DNA of 61,542 nt, filler included, from Dirinaria sp. TL-2023a (lineage: Eukaryota): NCBI GenBank assembly GCA_051941275.1. It is 13 parts of 13 records of this genome, joined end to end, with 100 filler letters (N's around TTAATTAATTAA, not from the genome) between each part and the next. Parts side by side here need not be neighbours in the genome. Positions count along the whole stretch, not along the records: positions 1 to 4,661 come from JAVEBF010001801.1; positions 4,762 to 9,418 come from JAVEBF010001802.1; positions 9,519 to 14,174 come from JAVEBF010001803.1; 10 more parts are not named here. One strand, given 5' to 3'. The notes beneath the pieces are model-generated. The model saw only the letters and a list, made by a program, of their open reading frames with translations, ran no database searches and had not been told where the DNA came from. Every line of letters begins with the position of its first letter. Positions within the stretch are counted from its first letter, which is position 1. Positions 1 through 13,010 of the stretch are shown here, piece after piece. The translations under genes were made by a program, and so were the position numbers.

Positions 1-194
1 GATAAGGGAAGGTAAGGTAGGTAGTAACGCCTATGGTAGGTAGGCATGCACTTGTTGGGGGGGGGGGGGGAAGTTCTGCCATTTTCGACCGTGCTGAAAA
101 TGGGCGAGGTTAATACCATTTCATACTGTACAAGACGAAGAAGCGGATTCTCTAAATTTATAAAGAGAAGAGAGAGAGAGAAAAAGGATGCTAT

Positions 195-1582
195 TCAAAA
201 ATCCGCAAACGCCAACTCGTACACCAGTCCGAGCGTCAGCCGCGCGTGCTGCAGCATGTGGTCGAAGCTCAGATACTCCATCTTGTCCTCGGTGGTATGG
301 ATCTTGTTGTCCGAGTATTTGAAATCGGACTCGATGACGAAGGCGGACGGATAACCCGCCTGCGAGGCCGAAGCGTGGTCGCTGCAGGCGTACCCGCATT
401 TCGTGAGGACGTAGGGGATGTCGCAATACTATATATATTTCAGCAATCAGAAGAAGAAGAAAAGGCCATTTTAAAAAAAAAAAAATTGCTCTTTGGCGAC
501 TTGTTTTGTCATGGTTGATATAATGTGGAAAACTTACCGTGGTCACGACTTTCTTTATAAAGTCCGTCAGGCCAGGGTCTACGTAGTCTGTGATCACTCC
601 AACGCTCTCTGTTTCTCCGGCGTCGAGGGTTTTCTGCACGTAGCCTGTCATGTCCTGCTGCAGCATCGCCTTTACATCCCTTCCCTCTTTCTTGTACGCG
701 GAGAAGAGTGCTCGGCTCCCCAACAGACCGCCTTCTTCGGCAGAATACCAGTGGAACTCGATTGTATTCGAGGCATTACCATTAGCGATGCTCTCGGACG
801 TGAGCAAAACCCTGAGAGCCTCTAGAATTGTCACGGTGCCACTCCCATCATCATCGGCACCGGGCGCGGCGAGGAGTGATGGCAGGAATAGATTGATACT
901 ATCTTGATGTGCGCCAATGACAACTGTCTTGTTGCTTCGTCCAGGTATTGTGGCAATGACGCTGCTCTGGCCCCATGGATGCTCGAATGGCCTCACATAC
1001 GATCCGCCGCGCTCCCCAGCACCCGAGTCTTGGATTGTCTCGTTGACTTTGCTGAGCAGCCACGCCGAGGACTGGGCACCGTAGGCCGACTTATAATATC
1101 TTGTATAAAATGAGGTGAATTTCTCGAGATGCTTCCGCATCTTTGCCTTCGATAATTCTTTCATCATGGGTGAAAGCGTGTCATTGTAGGAAGTTGTCTT
1201 TGGGAACTCCACCTTTGCTTTGTCGCTCGTCGAGTCGGCACATGCAGCCCCCAGGCTTGGAGTATCTGTGACATCGATGAAGTTGATGCCGGCCTACGAC
1301 TGGGTCAGCAGGTAAAGACCAGGTTAGATTTCGTTTGCGAGCGCAGCGCGCGGTGGCTGTCAATCCAAACCCGTGAAGATTGAGACCAAGTCTTCGAGAA
1401 CGTACCCTTCGCAACTCCCACTTCTCATCTTCCGTGATCCATCTTCTCTTGCCGGGACTCAGCTCGATGAGGAACCGCTCGACATCAGCACCATTATTGC
1501 TAAGTACAAGCTGATCTGACTCGGGAACCGATAGAGCCAAAGCGGTGGCGGCGAGTGTGGCTAGCAGGGGAACAAACTTCAT
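195..1582 (-). CDS. LAP1: Secreted leucine aminopeptidase, peptidase family M28 (3 exons: 1582-1406, 1293-538, 428-195)
   Basis: Signal peptide [17 protein letters not shown]28 motifs [51 protein letters not shown] introns 1405-1294 and 537-429 restore a continuous frame. Confidence 0.93.
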
Positions 1583-3805
1583 CTTAGCCTTGAAAGTCTT
1601 CGCGGACCCAGATAGTCCTAGGAAACGGTAATGGTGGTCGTCGACAAGCTCGCATTCAGTCACGCTCTCTTCACTTTACTCGGTACCTTACCTACTACTA
1701 CTAGTACTACTACTACAGGGTTCTGCAGGCAGCTGTCAGTCTGTCACGCTCGTCCCGCTAGTGGTGCGCTAAATCTTTCAAACCGAGGTCCTCGATTGAT
1801 GCATCGTGACGGAGGACCACCCCAGAACGGCTAGCGCAATCCCGCCAAGACTGGGCTTCACAACATTCATAAAGGAAAGCCAGGTGGGCCGCTAAGGTGA
1901 CGATGTATCTATCATGTAGGGTGATTCTAGGTAATCTCTACCTGAGGCAGCCTTCAGCTGGTGGCACTAGTGGCTTGCGGTCTTCTGCCCTTACCTTATC
2001 TATCTACGTAGTTGGATTACGCCATAATTGCCTTTGGCGTCCAGATCTAATCTAAGTATCATTATGAACCCAGATGTAGCTAAGGTAGGCTTTTTGAGCA
2101 TCTAAGGTATTCCCGAATCTCTGTCTGCATGCAAGAAGGCCATAACCGCTCTTCTTGGCTGTCTGCGACTACCCCATTCCACTGCTGCCTGCTCAACGCA
2201 GGCCAAAGAGCGGTCAACGGAAATTCCGATTCCCAAGTCTCGTGCCTACTATAGACCAGAATCAGCTCTGGAAATTGAAGCATTATTTTCGTACAAGGAC
2301 TGTGAGTATTCGTGGGATCAAAGCGTTTCAAATCGCAGAGAATTCCCTTCCTGGGTCGTTCAATGCCCCTGCTGTAAATAATATTATTTGATTCCATGTT
2401 CCGAGGCATCCCAAAACTGAATAGCTCCGCTCTTGCATTCTCGCATTGATTTGACTCGACGGGCAAACTACGGCGTATGGTCACCGCTTGCATAGAATGC
2501 ACGAGTAAGGTATGACGAGAGGGAGAGGTTCGCGTGGTTGCCAAGCGTACTCTGTGCGTTTACGTTGATTATTGATGGAGATTTTCAGCGACAACTTCCA
2601 TTATTGGCATTATCGTGCGCTCCATGAGAGTTTTATGCTTCTGGTCAAACAACGTGCCTACTGCATGACAAATGCCGCTCCCGGCCAATCGCAACATTGC
2701 GACGATGACAAGTCCGGCAGCGATGAGGTGAAGATGTTTGTTTGCCTTTCAGGATGATCAGCTCCTCCAGGATGATCGGCCAAGTCGAAACCAGAACATG
2801 AAACAAGCAGACCACTGAGTCGAACCAGTCATGCCCGAGTTTGTTTCATGCGTCTAACTCCATGCGGTCTGGACGACTGCCCCTGCGCGAGGCCAGCTAA
2901 GGCATTGTTCAGCTATTGCCCTGTCATTATTCCGACATGCCGAGGGATCGGTCAGAGTTCCATGATAGTGTCGCAAGACTAATGCTCCTCCAACGTGCTG
3001 GCAGGGTTTGTCAGTTGGGAAGTTGTGGATCAAAGCGAGCAAAGCGAGTCAAGCGAGTTGTTCCCTCTGCAGCCTTGTGCAGCTTGGCAGTCTGGGCAGT
3101 CTGGGCAGTCCATTACTTTACCTTGGTAGGCTTGGTCTCTTCCCACCACATGCTCATACGCTAATCACGACTTGGACAACGCACGTGGAATTTGGGGGCC
3201 GTGGAATGCGATGGGACGGAGTCACAGATGATCGACCACTCTTGGGTCGAGACTCCCCTGGTCCTGCCTATCAAAAATGCGCGGCATAATAATCATAATG
3301 AAATCAGACTGGATTATTACTGCTGATTGCTGAATGAGATGTCTTGCAGACAGCCCTTTGGTCCTGGGCATGGAGAGCGCTGATGTCTGACTGGTCCACT
3401 CGCTTACTGTATGCAGATATCTCTCTCCTCTGGGCCCTCGCTCCCTCGTACGAGCATGTCCCACCACTTGTTACCCACTCTTCATGCTCCGAGTGACTCG
3501 TATATCCCCCCCACTAAGGCAATATTGATAAAGACCCTCATGGGTCCCGCTTCATCTTTTTCTCCCGTCTCCTTCTCCAGCCGGACGTAACTAATATACC
3601 GTAACCGTTACATTTCTTCCCTTCCTCTCTCATCCGAGGGAACGCTTTTCCACCGCCGTGCGCATTATCGACACAGACACATCTTGTACTTATCTCACAA
3701 TTCCTACCTTACTCCGCGTTTTTGGCCCCCACAGCAGAATTCGTGCATGCACCTGGAGTGTCGGCCATTACATACACCGCCGAAAACCATTGAAAACCCA
3801 CAAGC

Positions 3806-4216
3806 ATGACTCTCTCAATCTCCCTTCCGACTTTCACATCAACCTCCACCTCCACCTCTCCTTCCTCGACCGCCGCATCCTCGCCCTCAATGCCAGACTC
3901 CCCAAGCTTCTTCTCCCGCTTCCACCCCTCATGGCGACACGCCAGCACCTCATCCCGACCTTCCTCCCCATTGGTATCGCACGAGGTGTCTTCCGCACCG
4001 CTCCCTCGCTCCCAAACCTCAACTTCGACCTCCACGGCCTCCATGTCCTGCCCCTTCCGCCCTTCCCGGTCTCGACCCACGACGCCCCGCCCCAAGATGA
4101 AGAGATGCAGAAGCTCGGGCACGGTCACGAGATGTGGCCGACACGGCGACGAGTGGCTGCTCAGTGGGTGGGGGGAGGTATTCAAAGGCTTTAAATCCGG
4201 CGACAACGCGAAGTGA
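3806..4216 (+). CDS. Small Ser/Thr-rich hypothetical protein with C-terminal CGRHGDEWL motif
   Basis: 136-aa ORF with ATG start, low-complexity N-terminus and a short C-terminal motif resembling a recurring ascomycete hypothetical family (recalled, not searched). Confidence 0.5.
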   Translation: MTLSISLPTFTSTSTSTSPSSTAASSPSMPDSPSFFSRFHPSWRHASTSSRPSSPLVSHEVSSAPLPRSQTSTSTSTASMSCPFRPSRSRPTTPRPKMKRCRSSGTVTRCGRHGDEWLLSGWGEVFKGFKSGDNAK

Positions 4217-4661
4217 ACACTATTCAATCGACAAAGACGGCTCCTACTTCTTTCTTTTTTCATGCACCTTTTTTCGGACAAGAGCTTCACAAATCTTCTT
4301 GCGATAGAGACGAAACCCCATTATATCACGACCTCACGACTCGATTGGCCCGAATCAGAAGGGTAAGATATCTGCGTCAAAACCAAGCACCCAATCCCTA
4401 ACACCATACCCAGAACACCTCTATCACGGGTCTCTACATACGCACCTTCAACCCAAAACCACCGAAATCAAGCTCCTCAAAGCAGCACCCACCCCTCACA
4501 CAACCCGAAATAAAAAATTCCGGATGCACCCACCGATCACAAAAACCCGCCGAAAGGACCACCCACCCCTGTGGGGGCACAACTCCTTATCCATCCCATC
4601 CTCGGCCAGGCCATCGAAAGCTTCACCGACATCTTCCCCACCCCAAATCCTCTCCACCACG

Positions 4662-4761
4662 NNNNNNNNNNNNNNNNNNNNNNNNNNNNNNNNNNNNNNN
4701 NNNNNTTAATTAATTAANNNNNNNNNNNNNNNNNNNNNNNNNNNNNNNNNNNNNNNNNNNN
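4662..4761. other. Artificial contig spacer N44-TTAATTAATTAA-N44. Also at 9419-9518, 14175-14274, 18928-19027, 23672-23771, 28416-28515, 33155-33254, 37893-37992, 42630-42729, 47363-47462, 52093-52192, 56821-56920
   Basis: Identical 100-nt spacer with stops in all six frames; flanking contigs decrease in length from 4661 to 4622 bp. Confidence 0.99.
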
Positions 4762-6326
4762 CTTATTTGTCCTTGACTAGCCGGTTTTACATCGTAATCT
4801 TCGATGCTATGCGACGCTGATCGAGGATATCGCATGTCTGTCTCTGCCCGCTGTTTCTCTTTAGCAAAGTTCTTCGTATATACGGGTTCCAGGATATGCG
4901 AAAATAGTAGCGTTATTAAATAGAAAAGATTGCACAATACAACAATATTAAACCATGTTTTCGAATGCGAATCAATGACTTTGAACTCAGTATATTTAAT
5001 ATCAATTAACTCTTGTAGCAGAGCTGCGAATGTTATGATCAAGAGAAGTTCGGGGGTGATCAGGATGAAATTTCCAGAACATTCCCTCAAAGCCGTCAAG
5101 CCCTTTCATCTTGATGCACAAAGTTCGTCAGGGTAGATAGGTCAGCATCAGCTTTCTCATTGATCCAATATCCCATAACGCGGTGAAAAAGGTTCCCTCG
5201 ATTCCACGGAAAGCATACTCGGGCGCTATGTGTCTGATGACTAGAGTCAATTTGCTCCGAGCATCAGTAGTAACAGCATGATATGCGCACAAACTTCTGA
5301 TGGTGTAATCTCGATACGACTCTATGCTGTGATTGTGCAAAGTCTCTCATCATTCGAAGCATCAGAGTCAAGCGATGCAAAGAAGAGAGCAATGCGAAAA
5401 GAATCTCATGTAGACGCTAAACTCATCTGAAGCTAGCGAAACGTTCGAGAGCATTCTAAGACTCAAATCGCAACACCTTCGTTACAGAAATTGAAATTCC
5501 TTTCTTACTGGAACATGATCGGGTATACGATCTTGTGAGCGAAGGATCTCACCGCGGAGTCATCAAACAATGATGATGAGGGTACGCCACAGAACGCACC
5601 GTACTTGGCAGTTCAGTGTCGCTAGCTAAGGAACTCTGTTGATTGGTCAAGTTGACGGATTGAAGAACCCGTGTACGAGATTTGTTAGAGAAGTCGTTCA
5701 TGCAGAGCGCCCCGCAGGCGCCACTCAAGTGCAGGATCGAATGGAATCAATCCTCTTATGTCCCGGCACATTCAGCCTTACGACAATCCCTGAAGTATGC
5801 GGCTGTCTTGTGCAATTGCAACATTGGTCATGCAGAAACAATTGACTTACTCCGCAGCCGCGTGCAGCCACAAGACTGAGAGCTGTCATATGAAGTCTCA
5901 TGGAGGAAGTCTTTACAAGCAGCGCTCAATCCTCTCAGCCTGATTTTGGCCGGAAATATATCGTCTTAACTCCCGCAATTGTCGAATCGAAGAGTTCGTT
6001 CATCAGCAAAGCAACAATTCCCATCCTCTGCTTTTTCTCTGACTTTAGAGATTGAGGGAACAGCAAACTCTTTTGTACACTTCGCCAATGCGGCTGTTGG
6101 CTGACAGACTGCTGTTCTTTTGCGGTCGTGGCTACCTTCCTAGTATGGCTTGCTCATAGGTATTTCTTTGATTTCTGTCGTAATGTTTGCTTTTGGCAAG
6201 CATGTATGTAGGCAAACACCAGGTGCCTATATGTATTGGGGTCTCCCATAGATACATTTCCATTCCTTAGAGATTATCCACATTAGGTATTTTTCCAATA
6301 CTGACGTACGCGCACCAGCGCAAAGG

Positions 6327-8258
6327 ATGGGTTGCGATCATGAGGCCGGCATTTTTTGTAAGCGCAAATTTAAGGATTCGTCTTTGCAGCAGTCTATCCT
6401 TACACCACCCTGTGCCTTGTGCAAAATCGTTTATCCCTTCTGGAAAGACTATGCCGCCGAATCTCTTGTTTCATCAAAATCGATTCACATCGACGAGAGC
6501 CAGCTCGATGGTCAAAACCAAGCCGCCGCAACTGTTGAGTACGGTGCTGTCGAACCCGTGAAACCGTGCGGGCGAGAACTCAATTTTGACGAGCTGTATT
6601 TGAACCCCCCAGCTCTTGATGACCCAAAAAACAAGTTAGTGGCCCAATTCTTCCAGGTTGAGCTACAGAGTAAACAGATCGGCGAAGCCTATCATGTCCT
6701 TGTATGTGGCCTGCTTCTTCGATATCATCCGTTCAAAATGCGAGTTCTCTTCGAAGAAAAAGAGGGTATAGAACAGATCCTAGACCTCTTTGATTGGTAC
6801 AAAATCGACACGAAACCTGAGGAAACTAACGGTCTTAGCAACAGTAGTAAAAAAAAGGCGACTAAAGTCATTGCTGCTGCTTTCAGGACATCAATTACAC
6901 ACCGAACACCGTCTGGCCACGTCAAATACAATCAGCCTGCACTTTTCAGGCACTTGAGGTCTGAATTAAAGACCCCTGGCGCTGATTTGGTGAAGTGTCG
7001 AGACTTGCATCGCACATACCTCCAGCCTACCTACGCGGCAAAATACTGGTTAAACCGATACTTGAGCCTCACAGGACAAGGCAAGCTTCCGAAGAAAGAC
7101 GATGCTTCGAGACTTGCTGTAATACACATGCGGGGTAGTAGTGCACTAACTCCTGGCCCACGTCAGATGGATTCTGTAAATTTGAAGCATGTTGTTGAAT
7201 CTATAGCACACGCAAACCAGCTTGCACAAAGTGCCAACGAGTCCTGCTTCACACATATCATCTTATACGGCGACTTCGACCACTCTGAGGTTGACGAACG
7301 TAAGAGATTGGTCGAGACTGCCCTTCGGCGAACAAAGCCATCAAACAAAGCGGAGAACGAAGTGAAGCTATTATTCATATCTCGTCCATGGGAGTCTAAC
7401 TCCATAGCTCTTCAAGGCAAGTGTAAAGAGGTCGCTGAGCTGTGGAGGAAATTCCGCGATCTTAGCTTCGACCATCTTCCAATCCAAGTCAAAATTCTCG
7501 CTATATGGACCACTCTTTGCGAGCGATACGACCCTAAAATGTGTGTCATCGGACACCGATCTGGCTTCATCGAAGGGGCTGGATTCATTGGAATTCCTGT
7601 CTTCTACTTGAATAACGAGCGCGAAGACCTTTACTTCAAGAGTAAGGAGGGAGGAGAGCAGAAATTTCAAGCTAGACCAGGCGATCTTTTGTGGAAGACG
7701 CCTGAGAACTCAGATCAGGACAGGCTGCGCGAGCTTGCGGAGGTCATGGATACATTTATCCCGATCGAAGCGCTCAAAAGCGAGGACAAAGGGTTTGTCG
7801 GAATTTACCAAGTCGAGGACAAGTACAAGGATGAGTTGAGCGCCGCGCTTTTCATGTACATGTGCTGCGACGTAGCAACCGGATTGGACCTCCAAGAGTG
7901 GCCATTCTCAAATTTGCAGCGGACGCACCCTATAAACCCGGGGTGGACAGCAAGAGTCGATATGATGCGCGATAAGTGCGAAGGGCATGAGCCTGGTGAG
8001 AAGGGTTGCAAGGATGACTGCCATCTTGAGAACGAAGATATGCCACAGACAGGACAAGAGTGGCTGCGACGACGATATCTTTTTGCAACCCATGCAAGGA
8101 CGATACGACTGTCGCACTGGTCTGGTGTAATGACCGAGAAGTGGACCGGTACCATGGGAATGGGAACTAGGACTGTATCGGGCGAAGACGTTGCCGACTT
8201 AGTAGCTGCACAACGTGCGTCTCACCGCATCGAAGAGAATCAGACCAATGCTATCTAG
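6327..8258 (+). CDS. 643-aa hypothetical protein, possible GT-B glycosyltransferase-like C-terminal half
   Basis: Long uninterrupted ORF; motifs AVIHMRG, IILYGDFD, VIGHRSGFIEGAGFIGIPVFYL. A branch/acceptor-like ctgac...cag at 6301-6318 suggests a possible small upstream exon. Confidence 0.7.
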   Translation: MGCDHEAGIFCKRKFKDSSLQQSILTPPCALCKIVYPFWKDYAAESLVSSKSIHIDESQLDGQNQAAATVEYGAVEPVKPCGRELNFDELYLNPPALDDPKNKLVAQFFQVELQSKQIGEAYHVLVCGLLLRYHPFKMRVLFEEKEGIEQILDLFDWYKIDTKPEETNGLSNSSKKKATKVIAAAFRTSITHRTPSGHVKYNQPALFRHLRSELKTPGADLVKCRDLHRTYLQPTYAAKYWLNRYLSLTGQGKLPKKDDASRLAVIHMRGSSALTPGPRQMDSVNLKHVVESIAHANQLAQSANESCFTHIILYGDFDHSEVDERKRLVETALRRTKPSNKAENEVKLLFISRPWESNSIALQGKCKEVAELWRKFRDLSFDHLPIQVKILAIWTTLCERYDPKMCVIGHRSGFIEGAGFIGIPVFYLNNEREDLYFKSKEGGEQKFQARPGDLLWKTPENSDQDRLRELAEVMDTFIPIEALKSEDKGFVGIYQVEDKYKDELSAALFMYMCCDVATGLDLQEWPFSNLQRTHPINPGWTARVDMMRDKCEGHEPGEKGCKDDCHLENEDMPQTGQEWLRRRYLFATHARTIRLSHWSGVMTEKWTGTMGMGTRTVSGEDVADLVAAQRASHRIEENQTNAI

Positions 8259-9518
8259 CCAGAGAACTCAGAAACATCCCGAAACTGCGAATAGTTCGGC
8301 ATATCATCGTCGAGCACGGTAAAGAGGAAGCCGAGGAGTCCTTAATCATCGTATGTCATCCTCTTGGCACTTATTATTTCATCTTTTCTGCCTACGCTTA
8401 GCATTCTGCCCCGCGATTTCACATTTATCAATTCTTTTCAGGACATTCATACTCCTCATTCACTTTTTCTGAACGGTGCAGCATGGTCCGAGGTTTATCA
8501 CGATCAGTTAATGCCGATCCTTTTTCTCAAATAGTTTTTTCAAATTCATAGTCGTTCAGATCGAGGTTGCTGATTTTCATATTGTCATATTTTGATGATT
8601 TGGAGGTGTTTATGAGGTGAATTGGGCCTATGTGTGCGTATTATTGGTGCTCAATTGCCGAAAATTCAAGAACTTTTGTGGTCAGTAGTACCCGGGGTCT
8701 GCTGACGAATTTACAGTCTAACCGCTTCCGTCAAACCATCTTGGCATTTGGTTAGTGGTGGTGAGGTTTTCTCAGTCTTACAAATATTGGGCGAAGTCTT
8801 TAAGAGACTTGTCTGCAGACATGGTTCTCTATTCCATGATCCACTCCAGAGTCGATGATAACCAGCATACATGTTCGCCTGACAAAATATCCGCCCGAAT
8901 CAAATTGATAACATGAATCAATATTGAACTCTTCTTGTATGCATGCAAAGTTGCCTTATTTCCCTAAAGCTCATACAGCCGCAAAGATAACAAATCAACC
9001 AATCACTGAAATATCATAGAACTCAACATATCCCCAAACCTATACAACAGACTAACAATAATCCCATCCCAAAAAAGTTCTCATTCTACACATCTTCCTC
9101 TCAGACGTCTCCTCCAACAACCATCCCCTCCCCTAAAACCCTCTTATCACCAACCCTCGAAATCACTCTACCATAATCCAGAAATATGCATCAAGCGCCC
9201 ACCATCACCATCCACGACGCTTTACCTATCCTACATGCGAGGTTCCACAACATATACATCCTTCCCTTGCTCAATGATCTCGGAGCCGAGGTTATCTATC
9301 TCACTTAGCCGCAACCTTTAATTTCATTCTTTTTTCTTTCTTTCAAAAAAGCTCACAAATGCAATAGCTACGGCTAGTTAAGACGCTCAAATGCATTGCT
9401 TTTTTTTTTTTTTTTTTTNNNNNNNNNNNNNNNNNNNNNNNNNNNNNNNNNNNNNNNNNNNNTTAATTAATTAANNNNNNNNNNNNNNNNNNNNNNNNNN
9501 NNNNNNNNNNNNNNNNNN

Positions 9519-11423
9519 AGTGAAGCAGGAGTGGATTTTGTTGCTCTTCCACTCCTGCTTCACTTTCGCGAGCATCACTTCTACCTGTGGATTGTTGTGA
9601 GTGAGCATTCTCGCACAGAGGTAGGAAGTCAGAGATGGAAAAAGTAAAAAAAAAAAAAAAAAAAAGAGAGACGGAGACGGAGACAGTATTTAAAAGGGGA
9701 CAACGCACCTCCTCAACACTCCACCCCAGACAATTCACCCAGAACGCCACCGTCAGTCCGCCGATCCCCTCCAACATGGCCACGAGCTGGAAGTTGCCCG
9801 TCTCTTTCAGCTTCGGGTCCGCGGGCCAGCCGCCGATGGGGATCTTGAACTCCCGCACCGTGATGTTCGTGAACCCAGCGTCGGCCATCTGCTGCTTGAG
9901 CACGCTGCCGGACATGAGCAGCGTCATCCCCAGCGCCTGTGCCGCGTCTTCCTGGTTCTTGCACCATTTCCGGATGAAGCTGTCCGCCGGCAGCGAGCCG
10001 TCGTCGGATTTGGCGTCGACGGATAGCTCTTGCGCTTCGCACCACCCGGAGGGTTTGCAGTGCCTGATTGACATGCTTAGCTCACTCGCATCACGTGAAA
10101 TTTTTCTGCTACTTTTGCTTTAGGGAAATGCGCTGAGTGAAGAGGGCTTGATGGGCGTTATGACGTGAGGGTTTCGTGGTCGCTTCTGCAGATGATTACA
10201 CATCGAATAAACGCGAGGGTACACGTACTTGAAGCATTGTTTGAAGAACTTGGGCCAGTCCCGCAGACTCCCGTTCATAATTCGCGTGTGGACGAGGTCG
10301 AAATGGTTGGCGGGCCAAGTCCATGGCTGCTCCGCGTCGTCGACTTCGAACTGAAAGCAACATGATTAAATTAATGCCCGCTGTGAAGCTATGGGGGCAT
10401 GTGGCAGGCTTGCCTTGACGTTCGGTGGGACCCTTGGGTGTATGTCAGCCACGATTCGTATGATGTGTGGTCTGCGCAGGCGGAGAAAAACTCACCAACG
10501 TGGTTGAATGGGACTGAGGTCAGTGCCAGTGATCTAATACCACTTTCAGTGGGCGCCCATAACAGGAGCGAACGATATCTCGCCTACCACAGGACTGGGG
10601 TATATGTCGGCTACATCACGACGGTCAGTATCATGTTCGGTATTACGCATTTCAATCCGATACAACGTACCAACGTCGAGTACCCAGATCCCTATACTCG
10701 ATGTTAGATTAATTAGTACTTGCTGTTAGTTCAGCACACTTACCAGTGCCGGTCCCCACATCGAGGATCGCGGTAGCCGAGTCATCCACTGGAGCGAAGA
10801 AGGGCTTATCGCCAAATGCGAGACGCAGCGCATGGTACTGGATATCGAGCCTGTGATGGTGAGCGTTACTCGATGCTGCAGATTGAAGGTGCTTGAGGCG
10901 GCCTTACCGATCTTGCTCTTGCTATGAGAAACCTTGAATCAAACCGTGCCACTGGGAAAATCCATTGCGCGCGTCAGGACTTACCTCATCGTTGGGCAGC
11001 AAATACCCTACAATTGAAGATGATTCAGCATGAAACTTTACTAGGCCTTCCCAATTCACTTACTCCCGCTCTGATAAGCATGGTACCTGCGCCCGTGCTG
11101 ATGCTGGTATTGGGTGATGCTGGATGCGAGAGAAGTGGTGTAGGATTCGGCGCTTTGCACCATGTCAGCAATCATTCAACTGCCCCAAAATTCCGATATC
11201 GATGGTATTTATCCTTCACGCACCCATCTCCGAATGTGGAATCTTCATCGGTGTTCTAGAAGCGCGTCAGATTCATGTATGCAGATCAGTAGTAGCCGCC
11301 GCGTCTGCGCGATCCCTGTCATACCTCCACGTCTGTTTCTGCAGCCAAGGGAGATGCCGAAGCTTCAGCCTGCTCGTGCGCTGGAGGGGCCACTTCACTC
11401 GATTGAAGGTTTGCTTCTGCCAT
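9519..11423 (-). CDS. SAM-dependent methyltransferase, LaeA/Tam-like family, multi-exon, 3' end cut by contig edge
   Basis: Spliced motifs [68 protein letters not shown]. Confidence 0.88.
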
Positions 11424-12400
11424 GATTGTACCTGATCAGGCGCAAGATAAGATCGCGGATGTTACTAGATGGTACTGAATGAAAGAGGGGTAGGATTGTG
11501 CAATCCGCTTGAAGGGGATTCTTCAGGCCCGGTTCATGACTATCTACGGACACCGACTCTCTAGTGCAGCTCGTGATTGGTTCGTATCCGGCGGGTCGCA
11601 TAATGAGTCTTGGCGCTTGTAGGAGACAGACAAAAAGGTACTTAAATAATAATCTAGACTTTTCCTCGAACTTTGACTCCTCTTCCTTACTTCACCTTCT
11701 CCATCAGCATTCTTGGGCCTACGAAAGCGACATGAAGTTGAAAAATGAGGTTGCGTTAATTGGCAAGGGAGGCTCTGATTCATATGCAATGCGTCGCCTA
11801 CGACGTTTCACACGGAAACATCTCGACAATCACTAGACGCACAATGAGCCTTCAATTCAAGTAAAGGAAGCCAGCGCGCTGATCCGGGAGGTTGGAGCGA
11901 AGCAATCTTTCTGACGCTTGTTCATACGACACCGTGCAGCTACTTTACTGAGGCACGTTGCGAGTACTCGAATTACATTGACCCATGAAAACTCTCGCTC
12001 ACTGAGAGAAAAAGCTGGGATTGCTCGATGCTCGTTGACTGCGCCTACCTCAAGCCCAGATCGGATTCGCCTCGAGATCGAATTGAGAAATCACGATTAG
12101 GAGACGGCGTTGTCGAGAGGTACAGACACAGGCTTCAGTCTTCATGCACGAGGAATGGTCCCACAAAAGCGTGCAAAACAGTTGTACGCAGCAAGTGTGA
12201 CGTGCATTTCCCAAGCAACTGCACTTCGCGCTTCATACACAAAGCAGCGGTAAACAACTTATTGAGGACTTAATTTATCCGAACCTACTCTGAGTAGTGG
12301 TTTATTCGTACACAGGAAACATTAGACTAACACCTCCCGATGCTTCTTCTACGCCCAGAAACCTGCATATCCCCAAGGCTCGTTTAGATACGCAAGCTGA

Positions 12401-13010
12401 TCACCCATAATAGTATTTCTCGACGACCCCAGATCTATTCAGATGCAGATTTAGCCTGTGAATGTTAGATAATGATAAGGCTTCAAGGGGCCCGAGTAAC
12501 ATACCGGTAGTCTCGCAAATCGCAGGTCATTGCGTAGCCATCGGCTACAAGACGATGTTGCCATGGAAGATCCTCAAATCGAAACGTACACGCCTCTTTG
12601 GCGAGGTTTCTTGTCTCATTGTAGAACTGTTTGCAGGTGAAGATGATGGAAGCTGGGGTCACGCCAACATTCGTTCCCCAATCTTCGACTCTCACATCGC
12701 GAAATAGCTCTTGCATGATCTTGTTGCGTATTTCGGCAGGTAGTTCTAGGAGAATGCAAGCTTGGTTGGACGTCTGAGAACCGTTGGCCGGCATATTAAT
12801 CGTGATTGCAGCGTGAGTGGGTAAATCTGTATCTGGCACAGGTGGATCGATGCAGGCATACACCTCTGGATGAGTGCAGCGGGGTTCGAGGGATACGATA
12901 CGCTTGCCGAGCAGTTCATCTTCCCATCTTGAGGGTTTTGGACGTCGATCCTCTGGTTCCCAGCTTGATGGCTCCCAACCTAGCCCTACTGCTGGCTCGT
13001 TGCTCGACAT
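12401..13010 (-). CDS. Hypothetical protein with F-box-like LLELPAEIRNKI motif
   Basis: ATG at 13010; LxLPxEIRxxI plus downstream TCKQFYNE motif typical of fungal F-box-like proteins; probable short intron near 12505-12456. Confidence 0.55.

Noticed and set aside
4762..5600. Fragmentary minus-strand ORFs, possible decayed gene or TE
   Set aside because: No identifiable motif; cannot support a call.
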